Assembly (NCBI RefSeq): GCF_009914755.1
Contig: NC_060925.1
DNA from: the human T2T-CHM13v2.0 reference genome, Homo sapiens
DNA length: 64,000 nt
Strand: one strand, 5' to 3'
Shown: piece by piece, positions 16,966 to 30,029 of the stretch
How the letters are laid out: every line of letters begins with the position of its first letter
Position numbering within the stretch: the first letter of the stretch is position 1
Translations under genes and position numbers: made by a program
The notes under the pieces: generated by a model
Told to the model about the DNA's origin: nothing
The model's input: the letters and a program-made list of their open reading frames with translations, nothing else
The model's database searches: none

Positions 16966-17343
16966 CGACACCTCATTCCAACCTATTTTTCCAGCTTCCT
17001 CTTTTTATCTGCCTGCCCCCATCACCCCATGCAGCATTTGCTCTGTCCTCAACAAATGACCCACTGTTCACTGAAAAATCTATGTGCTTTCAGATCTCTA
17101 CACCTTTGCCACCTTTATTATCTTCCAGTACATGTCTATTCTTCTAGGCCGAGCTTAACTGGCAACACCAAACTAAACTGAACAATCCTGACACCTGCTG
17201 AGAGGAGCTCATCCCCACTAAAAAGTGAGCTCAGATTTGGAATAGCATAGAACATCCAGGCTGGAACCAGACCTGGAGGTTATCTAGTCCTAGTTCAGTC
17301 CCTTCATATGATAGAGGAGGAAACTGAGGCCCCAAGAGGATGA

Positions 17344-17771
<428 letters not shown>

Positions 17772-17862
17772 TCTGCGGTTATTTTTGATGGAACAAATAT
17801 TTATCAAATATTTGCTGTGTACCCATATTTTATGATGTCAGCCCATTCCTTAAAAACTCTTA

Positions 17863-18243
<381 letters not shown>

Positions 18244-18294
18244 TCACTCCTTGCTACTCCCCCTCATATCTGGCCATCCACCATTTTGAACTGG

Positions 18295-18760
18295 TCAGCA
18301 TAGTGTAATGTAGTCAACACGTGCAAAGACTTCAGAATCAAAGGCCTGGGTGTGAACCAGTTCTCTCCACTTACTTAACCACATTATCTTGAAAAAATTT
18401 AATTCATCTTTCAGAGCCCCTGTTTCATCATCTGTAAAACTGGGATAACAATACTTCTAAGATCATTGATAGGATTACTTTGGTTATTTAAAAAGCATTC
18501 CTGTGCCATTACTAGTAATATTTATCATTTTAAATGATGACAATTATTACTTTCCTCAGAAAGCTTCTCTGCCCTCCCCACATTATGGAAGGTGCCCTTA
18601 TAGCTCCTGTGCTTATCTCCTAACAGTGTAAATTCCTGTTGAATGTTCATCTCTACCACTGAGCGTGAGCTCTTGGAAAACAGGACCATTGTTTCTCGTT
18701 CAACTTGGTTAACTGCAAAACATTGATGATAACCAGGAAATGCTTGTTGGTTGAAAGGAA
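18295..18760 (+). mobile_element. MIR and L2 remnants
   Basis: 'tgtttcatcatctgtaaaactgggataacaatac' MIR core; L2 3'-end-like sequence at 18650-18755. Confidence 0.6.
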
Positions 18761-18939
18761 AAGAAGAAAGAAGTAAAGCAATAAGCAAGGTGCTGTGGGG
18801 GCCATGAACATGGCAAAGGCAAAGCCCCTACCATCCAGATGTAGAACCTCTAGCTGGACAGACAAATTGCAGATTGCTATCTTTGAGTCTCCTGTAAGGA
18901 TGAAGTATATTTATGAGAGGGGAAAAAGAACTTTAAAAA

Positions 18940-19460
18940 AACTTATTTTTTCCTTATTGTGGGCTATATCATACATACAGGAATGCATAAAAGTAGTATG
19001 TAGAGTTTGAGGAATAAAATGAACACTCATGTAACCACCATGCAGGAAAAGAAATAGAAGAGAGTTGCAGAAGCTCCACCCTCCCCATATGTCTCCCCTG
19101 TCACAGCTTCCTTCCTCTCCCCAAGAAGTAACTCATGTCCTGGATTTCGTGATAATCATTTCCTTGCTTCTCTTTATGACTTTATTGCCTATGTATGGAT
19201 CCCTAACCAATATAGCTTTGTTTTTGAACCTTATATAAACTGAACCATACTGTATTCATATTCTTGAGACTGGCTTGTGTCTCTCAAGTTTGTGAAATTA
19301 ATCCATGTTGTTGAAGATAGCTGTGGTTCTTTTTCTTTTAATTACTATAGTATTCCATTATATGACTATGTCACAATTTATCCATCTGTTGCTAATGGAC
19401 ATACAGGATTTTTCCAGTTGGGGAACGACAAACAGTGCTTCCGTTAATATTGTTGTATCC
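18940..19460 (-). mobile_element. L1ME-type fragment
   Basis: 'tagtattccattatatgactatgtcacaatttatccat' old L1 antisense motif. Confidence 0.7.
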
Positions 19461-20639
19461 ATTTTCTCCACTATCTGAACATGCAGCATTCTTTTTGTTG
19501 ATATTGTTGAGAATTCACTCTACCTCTGGAAGCAGTGAAAGCCCTAGGGGAAGAAAAATTCAAACTAGTTTGCACAAAGAAGATTTAAATAGGTAGACAA
19601 GAGTCTCAAAGTGTGCTTGTAAATGTGTGTTTGAAAACTTTGTGTTTCTCAAAGTGTGCTCCAAGATGGCCCACAACAAAATCATGTGGAGAATTTGTTA
19701 AATATACAGATTAAAGACCCAGCCCAAACCCACCAACCAAGACCCTCTGCAGTTATGGCCTGGAAAGCTGTGTTTTAGCAAGCTTACCACCGCCCGCCCC
19801 CCACATGACTCATGTAGATCACCAACCCTCTACCTTTTTTTTTTCCTTTTTTCGTTTGTTAGCATTTAGTTAAGCTCCCTCCTTGTGGCTTCAAGCCACC
19901 AGAACACAGCCTCCCTACCTCCCCCCACATATACACCCTTAATCTTCTCCCAGCTCTCCTGCCGAAGAACTTGGCCTTCGTGACAGCAGGCTACTTTGGG
20001 AGTTTCCCTTCCTCAGAATTCCGCAGTAGCCCATAGCACTCCATCAATGATGGGAGCAGCTCCAGCCTGTTTTATTTATTATTATTTTTTTTTGTCAGCG
20101 TGTGATTACTCATGTCTCCTGACTGACCAAGGTCCACATTTGTCAAGGTCAAGAGTTGGGCAGAAGCTCTGGTTTCTCTTTAAGAGGTAATGCCTCATAA
20201 CCAACTTTACCAAAGTAACCTGGGTGACACTCATGGAAGTTGATGCATACCACCAGCATTTCCCTGGCCTCCCAGGTGCTTCCCGTGCTTGGCCAGGCCT
20301 TTACTTTCTGTAGATGATACAGGTGTAATGGAACAAATCTCAGTGGTGGGTGCGTTAGGAGAGGAGAAGGGGCAGTACTTTCGTGCCCAGAAAATCAGCT
20401 TCCCTTCATATGTCCTCCTTGGGCTAGCATGCCAACAGTCTCCAAGCGGACTCTACCTTAGCACACCTACACACTGCGGTCCTAGTCTTTTGCTTTCTTC
20501 TCCACATCTCTCTCCCTCATCCCTCAATCTCTCCCCTATTCCCAAATGCTGCAGAACACTCAGAAGTCTCATTTTAAGTAACTCCGAAGTCTTTCCATGA
20601 CCCCTAGCAATGTTTTACCTAAATAGGCACTTATTGTTT

Positions 20640-21285
20640 TAAATAGACTTTCCTTTTTAGAGAAGTCTTAGCTTCACTGCAGAATTGGGCATAGAGTTCC
20701 CATATACTAGTTACACTGCTCTAAAAATCCTGTGCTCTACCTACTCATCCCACCCCCCACCGCCCTCTGTTCATCGATCATTGATCTTTTTAAACCTGCC
20801 TCCAGTTTTGACTTTTCCAGAATGTCATATAATTGGAACCATACAATATGTACCCTCTTCAGAGGAGCTTGTATCACTGAGTAATATATATTTAAGTTTA
20901 GTGCTGAATAATATTCCCCTGTCTATCTGGATATATCAGTTTATCCATCCATTAAAATACTGAAGATCATCCTGGGTGCTTCCAAGTTTTGTCAATTATG
21001 CATGAAGTTGCTGTCAACATCCATATGCAGGTTTTTGGGTAGATGTTCAGGTTTCAGCTCATTTGGGTAAACACCAAGAAGTGCAATTGCTAAAAAGTAT
21101 GGTAAGAGTATGTTCAGTTTAAGAAACTGCAGTGTCTTCTGAAGTGGGTGTACCATTTTGTGTTCCCACAAGCAATGAGTGAGAGTTCCTATTGCTCCAT
21201 GTCCTCACCAGCATTTGGCGGTGTCAGTGCTTTGGATTTTGGCTATTCTAATAGATGTGTAGTGGTACTTCATTGTTTTTTTAAT
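20640..21285 (-). mobile_element. L1M (MB/MC-type) fragment
   Basis: 'gtaccattttgtgttcccacaagcaatgagtgagagttcc...ctcaccagcatttgg' L1 antisense motif. Confidence 0.8.
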
Positions 21286-21459
21286 TGAGACACCTAGTTT
21301 TAAAACTACTCTTCACTTTTTTCTCTGTGTTTTGGGGGGGGGGTCTTGTGTTTTAAAATTTTGCAGAGCAAATTATGAGCAAGTGATAGTGTTCTTTCAT
21401 TATTAAACATGATTTACAGATATTTCAGACTAACTCTCTTTTTTTCCTTTTAAATACAG

Positions 21460-21531
21460 ATAAATGCAGAGGGAACACCAGAGGACGTTTTTCTTCAACT
21501 CTGCACAGCTATTGACTCTATTATTTTCTGA
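21460..21531 (+). CDS. AK5: AK5 terminal coding exon (INAEGTPEDVFLQLCTAIDSIIF*)
   Basis: Branch point ACTAAC 21429-21434, pyrimidine tract, CAG acceptor at 21457-21459, phase 0, TGA at 21529-21531. The peptide matches the adenylate kinase C-terminal 'xNAEG..E.VF..LC.AID' segment of AK5 as I recall it. Confidence 0.95.
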   Translation: MNAEGTPEDVFLQLCTAIDSIIF

Positions 21532-22825
21532 AGGCAAAAATGCATGTTTGTTAGAATGGAAACAGAAAAACATTAAAAAGTTCATTCCTTAACACAATGT
21601 TTCAAGTTAAACCTTTTGTGTCACCGCCCCCACCAACCACCACCTCCTAAATCCTGACAGCACTGTTTGCTTCCCAGCTAGACCTGTGTGAGAGGTGTCT
21701 GGAAATCATGCATGGTGTATTTGGGACTATATCAACCTATTCTCCACACTTCAGACAACTGTCTGCACTCACGGCACGCACACTTTGTATCATGCAGGCC
21801 ACACTCAGAGCTAGTCAGTACATGAACAGTGGTGCGGTGCCAGTCTGTGTCCGTTGTGATCACAGGCCTTGCTAGACCCTGATCATCTGGTTCTCCTCTC
21901 ATTAAGCATCCCTAACCCCCAGTCACACCTTCCTCTTACATACTGTTCCCCAATGGAGGCCCCTGGCATAGGGGACAGCCCTGGGCATCTTCCTTTGGTG
22001 TCTGGCTGTTTTGTCAACTCTCATCCACTGGTGGCTCAGAGCCATAAGGTGGGTTGATTACACAATGCCTTGTACATGATATAGAGGCATCAAGCAAGTA
22101 AAATTTGACAGAAATTTTAAAATATGAAGATGTATAGCTTTCCCAAGATGATGGTAAAACCCAGGTTAGTCATCAGTAACCTTCTCTATTATTATTATTT
22201 TTTAGAAACTTGGAATACTGTCATTATGGCTAAGAGAACAAATCTGATAAATTGTGTAACCTAGTCTCTTCTCTACATGGTGATGCATTTCAGCAATTAT
22301 AAATTAATATAAATGACCAAAAGTAACTTAAAAGCATGAGATATTTGCTATTTCATTCATTGGGCACATATCAAATTATAATTTTGATTTTAAATGGTCA
22401 CCCATGTATTTGTTGCCAAGCAAGTAAAAAAATACCCTAACAAACCTGATGTGGGTGGGAGGGGCATGTCAGTAAGTGGTGTGTTCAATGTGTTTGTTTC
22501 ATATGGGCCCTTTCCAGGAGTTTGCAAACCTTGTCATACCCATATGCAAAACTGTGTTTCCTTGCATTAAACCAGTGAAGTTTGGGTTCTCTTTTGTGCT
22601 ATCAATCAGTTGTAAAATCAGAGCTTCTTATATATTCTACTGGAATAACTGCATCTTCCACTCAGTCACTACAAAAAAGCATAGTTTCAGTTTGCATGAA
22701 TTTTTTTTTTTTTCTTCAATGGTTGTGCAGATAAGGATCCATTTCTGGGATAGAATTGTATTTTTTAAGTCATTTTTTTTTCTTGAAATGGATATGTACA
22801 AATAAAATAAATGGAAGACAGGATA
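21532..22825 (+). other. AK5: AK5 3'UTR (3' end approximate)
   Basis: Repeat-free, AU-rich sequence from the stop codon to tandem AATAAA signals. Confidence 0.8.
22801..22811 (+). terminator. AK5: AK5 polyadenylation signal (AATAAAATAAA)
   Basis: Two overlapping AATAAA hexamers, TGTA just upstream, U-rich element (ttttctatttatttgt) about 30 nt downstream. Confidence 0.85.
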
Positions 22826-23639
22826 ACTCTTTTTCTATTTATTTGTAACTCACATCATTCTGGAAAGCATTTGAAGCCTTATTCCAAACAGAATTAGAAG
22901 CGAACACAGAAATAGTCAAGATGATTTACGATACGCTTATATGGTTTTAATTTTAGCTATAGATCAGTTTTGAGTTATTACAGAGAGAACTCAATGTATT
23001 CATGATACATGGTAACTGTCATATTTCCTCTTTCTCTAGCACTCATTCTGAAACAGAAATGTTAGTGTTTGCTAAAGAAGAAATTAAATTTCTTTGGTTA
23101 CAGTTACGCCTCTATTAACAAAAAGGGGCATGTTCCCATAACTCCCAACAGTTGTCAAATACTTTAATACTACCCCAAGTTGTCACACTCTCTATCGGGG
23201 AGCATAATAAGTACCTGAGCAAACTGGAAAAAAAAAAGGTTACAGGATGAAAATCATCAGTTGTGCCAGAAAACATAAAATGACTCTTTGTAGGGATTGA
23301 CATTCTTGAAACACATACCATATACTGGCAGACACAGTCCATGCCCAGCACAGCTCTGACTGCACAGGTAAGGAAAATGAGACAGCAGAGGGGCAGAAAG
23401 GTCCAGCCATCTTTTACAGGCTTCTACGGCTGTAGCTGACAGCCACCTTGAAAAATTTAGCAAGGGTAAATGGCTTTGCCCCTGAAGAGTATCTAGAAGT
23501 GCAAATCAACTCTTCTCTAGAACACATTACTGATTTGAATGGCTTGAAATGATATCACTACTTTAAAGTCATAAGATTTTAATACTGGAAAAGACCTTAG
23601 AGGTCTCTGTCTAGCGAAAGACCTGTGTGTATGTAGAAG

Positions 23640-24677
23640 ACATCAGAACACAATCTAAACTCCTTTACAATGATGTGTTTTCAAGGCCACATCTGAGCTG
23701 GCTTGTGCCCTCTTCGACGCCATCAACTACTACTCTCCTCTTGCTCATTTGGCTTAAGCTACTCTGGCCATCTTAATGTTGCCAGAACAAGCCACGGTCT
23801 ACTGGCTCAGGGCCCGTGTGCTACTGCTATCCTTCTGCCCCTTCCTACAGATTATTCATGCAGCAAATTCCCTTGCTCTATTCTGGTTTCTATTTGAATT
23901 TACCCTGGCCAATAGAGGATTTCTTTGCTTATTCCATCTAAAATGGCAGACTATTCCCCATTCTCCCATTATTATTTTTCTCTGAGCATTACTTATCTTC
24001 AAAGCATTTATCCCTGCCTGAATTGAAGTAATAGTTTTTATTTACTTACTTATTGCTGGTCTTCTGCATTAGATTATAACCTCCATAAGGACACGGCTTG
24101 GTATCTCCAGTCCCACACACAGTAATTATTATTGAGAGCTAACATATTTAACATACTCTCTGCACCTCCAGTTTTCTCATGTATACAATGGAGAACATAA
24201 TAGTAATGAACCTCATAGAGGAACTGAGGATTAAACAAAAGTTAGTAAGACACACGAATCATTTACTAGCTCCTAATGTGCAATGAAAGGTAGTTCTTTG
24301 TCAACACTTACTGAGTGCTTCACTTCCACAACTGGGACTAAGACCCAGAATTTTCACTCCAGTGTCCTTTCCATTACCTTGCTTTTTTTTTTTTTTTTTT
24401 TTTTGAGACAGCGTTCTCCCCCAGGCTATTATGCCATGGCACCATCTCGGCTTACTGCAGCCTCAACGTCCCAAGTTCAGGTGATTCCCCCAAACTCAGC
24501 CTCCCGAGTAGCTGAGACTACAGCCACGTGCCACCATGCCCATTTGTTTGTATTTTAAGTAAAGACAGGGTTTTGCCATGTTGCCCAGGCTGGTCTCAAA
24601 CTCCTGGGCTCAAGCAATCTACCTGCCTCGGCTTCCCAAAGTGTTGGGATTACAGACGTGAGCCACCATGCCCAGCC
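23640..24677. mobile_element. Intergenic L2/MIR remnants and antisense AluJ (24382-24677)
   Basis: MIR core 'cagttttctcatgtatacaatggag'; T-tailed diverged Alu. Confidence 0.7.
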
Positions 24678-25354
24678 CCATTACACTACTCTTAAAAACA
24701 TGGAAGAGAATCAAGATACACAGCCTATCTAGGGTCCCACAGAGAACCAAAACCACCTCTGCCACCCAGGGTTGAATCACAGCCTTTGGGTAAGATAGAG
24801 TCCAATTCCCCTGTCCTCTCACAGAACTGTCAAGATGACCTTCTGATGCAAGGCCTCTAAGGATCTCACAGACACACTCAATCATAGGTGGTGTCTCTTA
24901 AGTTCCTGGAGGAAAAAAATGTAAACTCACCAAAATGTTGGTCATACAACCAACACATATTTATTGAGAATCTATTAAATGCCAGGCCCTAGAGATACAG
25001 ACAGACATGGATCGTCTCTGTTCTCATGGAGCTAAATGTATTATAACTCTGAAAACTCTAGTTAACTAGCTACATTAACTGTAGAAAAAAAAAGTTGTAT
25101 CTTTTTTCTGGGATCATATAAATAGAAGAACATTTTTCATCAAGAAATAAAAACAGTTTACAGCCTAAACAGAACAATGTCTTCATAAGCTTGTGGAAAA
25201 CCCTACTGAAATCTGAAGACTTCCAATCCCATCCAGTGCATCTATAGATGAACAACAGGCTTCAAACTTCAATATCCACAATAAGAAATAGTTTTATATA
25301 GCACACAACACATATTTATGATTGAAAAAGACATTTCACAAAACAATATTTATC

Positions 25355-25360
25355 TTTATT
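25355..25360 (-). terminator. ZZZ3: ZZZ3 distal poly(A) signal
   Basis: TGTAATAAA on the minus strand; downstream GU-rich uguguugugugc at about 25300-25312. Confidence 0.7.
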
Positions 25361-25714
25361 ACATGTGATGTACCATTTTCTCTATTCCATTTTTTCAAAT
25401 GTTCATACCTAGTAAATTTTTGTGTTCTGTGAATCAATTTAAACAAAAAGGGGAAGGGGGGAAAACAGACAAGGCATACTATTAGGTTAAGTGAGAAGCA
25501 CCCAACATGCATAGAAGAAAATCCTACCCAAGGCAGGAAACACAAGCCTTAGTCCCAGCTTTGCCTGAGACTTTGCAAGCCTGGACATATGCTCAGGTTT
25601 GTACTCTTAGGAAGCACACCACATCAGGAAAACAGAATGTAAGGCAACATCTGCACACCTCCACTCCTAACACCTAGTGTTGCCTGACACAAGGGGAAAT
25701 TCCTGCTCAGGAAA

Positions 25715-25950
25715 CAGGATAGTAAGGCAGACGCTGACTCTGAAGTAATCTGCCTAGGTTAAAATCCAAGCATGACCACTTTACTAACTATACGACCTTG
25801 GGCAGGTTAATTAACTTCTCTCTGGCGAGATTTCCTCATATGACAACAGGATAATAAATGACCCTGCCTCATAGAGTTGTTAAGAATTAGTTATCATATG
25901 CTTGCTTGGCACATAGTAAACACTGTATCAGTGTTTTCTATTATTATGCA
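25715..25950 (+). mobile_element. MIR within the long ZZZ3 3'UTR
   Basis: 'gaccttgggcaggttaattaacttctct...tttcctcatatgacaacaggataata' MIR core. Confidence 0.75.
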
Positions 25951-27390
25951 TCACACAAAAGGAAACCTCCTCTACCTAAATCTTACAACAATGGTTTTAG
26001 ATATTAAAAGTTTCTTAAGATGTGCAAATAACTTGAGCACAATATATCAGGAAATAGATCTTATCTACTGAATACCACTGAATAAGCAATGCTTTAGCAA
26101 GTAGGTCTTTTACAGTCTGTTTTAGCTTACAGTCCAATAATTCTATGTAGGCAGATGGTAGCCTACCGGCAAATGACAGCTCTGCCCATTATTCCTGCAA
26201 CTCTCAAATTAAAACAATAACAAAACACTACCTACTACTATCTGAACTTCAGGGCCTTTTAAAGCCATGGGGGCTATTTCCTTGGAGCTGAAAAATGCAA
26301 AACAAACACATCTTCTGCTCAAGCCGAAAAATCTTCTTAACTCAAAAATCTCAAAAAATGTTTGCCCTAGAAAAATGCATTCAAATGGTTTGTCTATTCC
26401 ATTTATATAACAATTGTATCACTCATATCCCTCTTCCAAAGCATACATCATACTTTATGGAATTTTTGAATGGATCTGAATGGCTTTCCAAAACTAACTG
26501 GTATTATTTCTACACAAACATAGAAGTTACCATCAAGCGTTACTATCTTGCCTAATTACAAGTTGAAGGCAGATCTTCTGGCATATTCACAAAACATTTA
26601 ATATAAAAACGCCCAGAATGCTAATGATTCCCCTCTTCACCCACTAATAATTCCAGGGTGAGAAGTTAAGCTCAAGTCCATTTACTTTCCTTCTGTTATG
26701 ATATATTATATCTATATCATCAGTGATCTTTAATCAATATATTACTTTAAAATTCTCATATTTCTATATTTAAAATTCTATTACTTTTCTCAATTAAAAA
26801 AAATTCAGGGTATGATTTTAGTACCCTGCTATGTACTGAAGAGAACTAGTAAATAATGTTCCCTTGATTTAAAATAGGAAAAAACAGGTGATTCTAAAAA
26901 TTGGGTCAAATATAACAATCAATCTTAGAATATTTATACTATCTTTTCCTATAGTTAATAGTAATTTCCAGGAAACAAGGTGATTTTTCAAAAGCCATCT
27001 GTTTAAATACATGGGGGCTTATCTTCATGAGACACAACTAGAAAAAAAATTTTCAACTTTAGTTTTCACACCTGAGCAATAATAATTGCCTTTTTCTTTA
27101 ACCATGGTCCGTGTTTCCTTTTTGTAAGCTAGTTTAATTTAGTGTTTCAGCACACACTGAGTAAAAATCTTTACCATTTTTTACAGGGTTGCTTAAGATC
27201 ACCCTCTTTTCCATAATACATTCCTTATTCTTCATAAATGACAGAAAGAAAACTCTTAAATATGTGAAGCAAACCATTTTAAAAAATACCAATTTCTGGT
27301 TTTAACACTGGTAAAAAAAAAAATCCAAAATCTAACCAAAAGGAAGTCACAACAAGCATTCTATAATATAAACAGACAGTATCCACATAG

Positions 27391-27396
27391 TTTATT
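27391..27396 (-). terminator. ZZZ3: ZZZ3 proximal poly(A) signal
   Basis: tttatt on + = AATAAA on -; downstream on the minus strand: ugcuuguugugacuuccuuuugguu...uuuuuuuuu. Confidence 0.8.
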
Positions 27397-27865
27397 TCTC
27401 ACAGTTCTCCTGACAAATGAACATCATTCAAGAACATACTGTATACACAGATAAGAAGAAACATACAAAATGTTTTAAATGATGCACAACAAAATCCAGC
27501 AGTATAAAAGAATGCATGTGAACCCTTGCTCACTGTGCAGACTAAATTTAATCACTTGTTTAAATAGTAATAAAAATACAATCTTTTATGGATCTTGTGC
27601 AGACTACAAAAGAGGGAAATTATTACCATATATATGATTTTTATATTAGGCAGTTTTCTTTGATGAGTTGTACTGACAACTCCAAATACAGAGGCAGAAG
27701 GCTGTGTATTTTAAAGGAATTAATGTTGTGAATTAGAAACTTTACACAGTTACTACCACTGGCACTTTTCACCATAGTTTGTACACATCACATGATCATC
27801 TTATATAACATTACATTTAAAAAATATATCTGAGTGACAATTTTATAACATTCACACACCATGAG

Positions 27866-27921
27866 CTGGTTAAGGAAGCAATGCCACAGTTGCCTCCTGT
27901 AGTGCTTCACTGTTGGTAATT
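27866..27921. repeat. 56-bp dispersed direct repeat, copy 1 (ZZZ3 3'UTR)
   Basis: 55/56 identical to 29442-29497. Confidence 0.95.
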
Positions 27922-28498
27922 AAGGACAATTCATTGTGGTTAAAAGAAATTAGATATCAATATGATTAAGCAGCTCCAATTTACTAAAGGCCATCAATGA
28001 CCACCACTGGGACAGTGAGTTCTTTTAAAGTGTATATCCTAGAAGCAAACACCATCATTGGTTAAAACTTTGTCTAAAGAAGTCAGTTTCTGTGCTGAAA
28101 ACTATTTTCACAAAACTGAAGGCTACTAAACTGTTTTAATATAAATACTTTGTCTTCTCATTATCATATTTATGACCAAGTTCTTTGAAACCTTTGGAAT
28201 TTACTCTCTCTTTAATGTGTGCTCTCGTTCCATCTCACCCATTTAAGATCACCACCTAAAACGCAGTGGTGAAAAATTCACCAGGGAAACCTTTGCTCAC
28301 CAGGAATGTTCAGCTGCTGAACAGTGATCTAGAGCCACAACGGTGCAGAGCTGTACTTGACGAGAACACTCAGGAAGCTCTCATGCTGTGAGTGTCATTT
28401 CTGGGAAAGCAGAGAATCTTTCCAAACTGTGCACATAATTAACAATGATACCATTGCTATGTGTTGAAGAGGACTAGTAAATGATGTTCTCTTCCATG

Positions 28499-28643
28499 TC
28501 ATCTGTTTGCTGGAAAGTAGTTTGGGTCAAGGTAATTGTAACTGGTGCCCTGAGACACACAGTAGTCTCTGTCTAAGAATGTCTCTGACCTATAAATAGG
28601 TTCTAATTGGTGATCTTCCTTGTGAATATCTGTTTCATGTAGA
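28499..28643 (-). CDS. ZZZ3: ZZZ3 terminal coding exon ([C][47 protein letters not shown])
   Basis: tttacag acceptor, phase 2, HxxxH completes the ZZ finger, TGA at 28501-28499. Confidence 0.96.
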
Positions 28644-28939
28644 CTGTAAAGAAAAAAAGACACACATCATTACATGGTAGTGGATGCATTTTAGTCTGTG
28701 TATTACAAAGCTTCCTCACAGCTCTCCCTGTTTAAATCCATTAATCTATCAAAATCTCCAACGGAAAGTTACTTGACATGTGGTATGATTACAGAAAAAA
28801 ATTAATTGCCTAGAACAACAAAATTTAATTCACTAAGTGTGGGTATTAATATTTTCTATGTTTGGAAATCAAATTCACTAATGGCTGAGAAGCTCTTTTC
28901 TTGTCTAAGTTGAAGACTGACAATGAAGAAAACACTTAC

Positions 28940-29040
28940 CAGTCTGAACAAGAATCACAGAAATCCAAAGACATTTCTGGAGGACAATCCTGGCAATGCC
29001 ACCGAACACCCTGGATGGGTTCTATGCCACAGTTATCACA
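28940..29040 (-). CDS. ZZZ3: ZZZ3 coding exon, ZZ zinc finger ([33 protein letters not shown])
   Basis: tag acceptor, TG|gtaagt donor, 101 nt; three CxxC pairs with the 'G.R.hC..C...DhC..C' ZZ pattern. Confidence 0.97.
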
Positions 29041-29441
29041 CTATAACAGATTCAGAGAGAAAATGTATTAAGTTATACTGTTCCACGATCTTTTTTATTT
29101 TCCACAAGGAAACACATGATGTGCACACAGACATCTTCTCTTCTCTCTCCATGCACAGGACAGTAATGTAACACACAAATGGTTATGTGTTAGAGACAAT
29201 TTCTAGCAAACTAGGTAAAATTCCATCCACTCAATATCAAGATATGGGTGAGTGAGAGGAACATTGGAAGGGATAATCTTCAATCAGCTTAAATTTATTT
29301 AAAAATTTTTAAAAGTAAATCATCTCCAACTTGGGTGTTTTGTTATTTGTAATCATCTACTTGAAAGGTACCTCAGACCACTGTATGATGACTATGGTTG
29401 AGAAACAGAGAGTTAATACCATAGTTAAAACTATCCAAATA

Positions 29442-29497
29442 CTGGTTAAGGAAGCAATGCCACAGCTGCCTCCTGTAGTGCTTCACTGTTGGTAATT
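29442..29497. repeat. 56-bp dispersed direct repeat, copy 2 (ZZZ3 intron)
   Basis: 55/56 identical to 27866-27921. Confidence 0.95.
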
Positions 29498-30029
29498 GAT
29501 ACAGAATTGTTTTAGCAGGTTCTCTTGGCTAACATAAACCCAGGCAACAATGAAATTCTGTCTAAACTTTTATCTCTTATTGAATCGCTCTCCCAAAGCC
29601 TAAAGACTCCTAATAACCAATGCCCATCATGTCAAAAAGGCAGATCTAGCTCTTTCTCAGCGTGGTGGCATTGTGACAGTCCTCAGTGTGTTCTGTGCAC
29701 TTTTGGAAATCAAAGGATCTATCATTTCTAGTTTCTTTGATCATCTGGTCAACTATAGTGGCTGACAGAATGGCAAACAAGCCATGGCTGGGTTTTGCAG
29801 CAAAATTAGGAGAAGTGAAGCAAGTTTTTCTGAAAGGCCAGAGCTGCCAGTTAGGAAAATCTCTATTGGAGAAACAGGGTCACTGAAAGATCAAGAGGGA
29901 AAATCATTTAATATAGTATGGTTACTGGCTACTCTAGAGGATCAAAGGTATAACTTTGTTTTTAATTTGGTTTACCAGTCACAGCACACATCAGTACTTT
30001 CATGTGCACCCACCAACACCACCAAGTTT

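Larger units (their letters stand above)
25335..28498 (-). other. ZZZ3: ZZZ3 3'UTR (long form ~3.1 kb, short form ~1.1 kb; ends approximate)
   Basis: Largely repeat-free AU-rich sequence downstream of the stop codon, with two AATAAA signals each followed by GU/U-rich elements. Confidence 0.75.

Noticed and set aside
28923-29171. Plus-strand ORFs antisense to ZZZ3 exons (also 42193..42471)
   Set aside because: Antisense shadows of coding exons, with no promoter or splice support.
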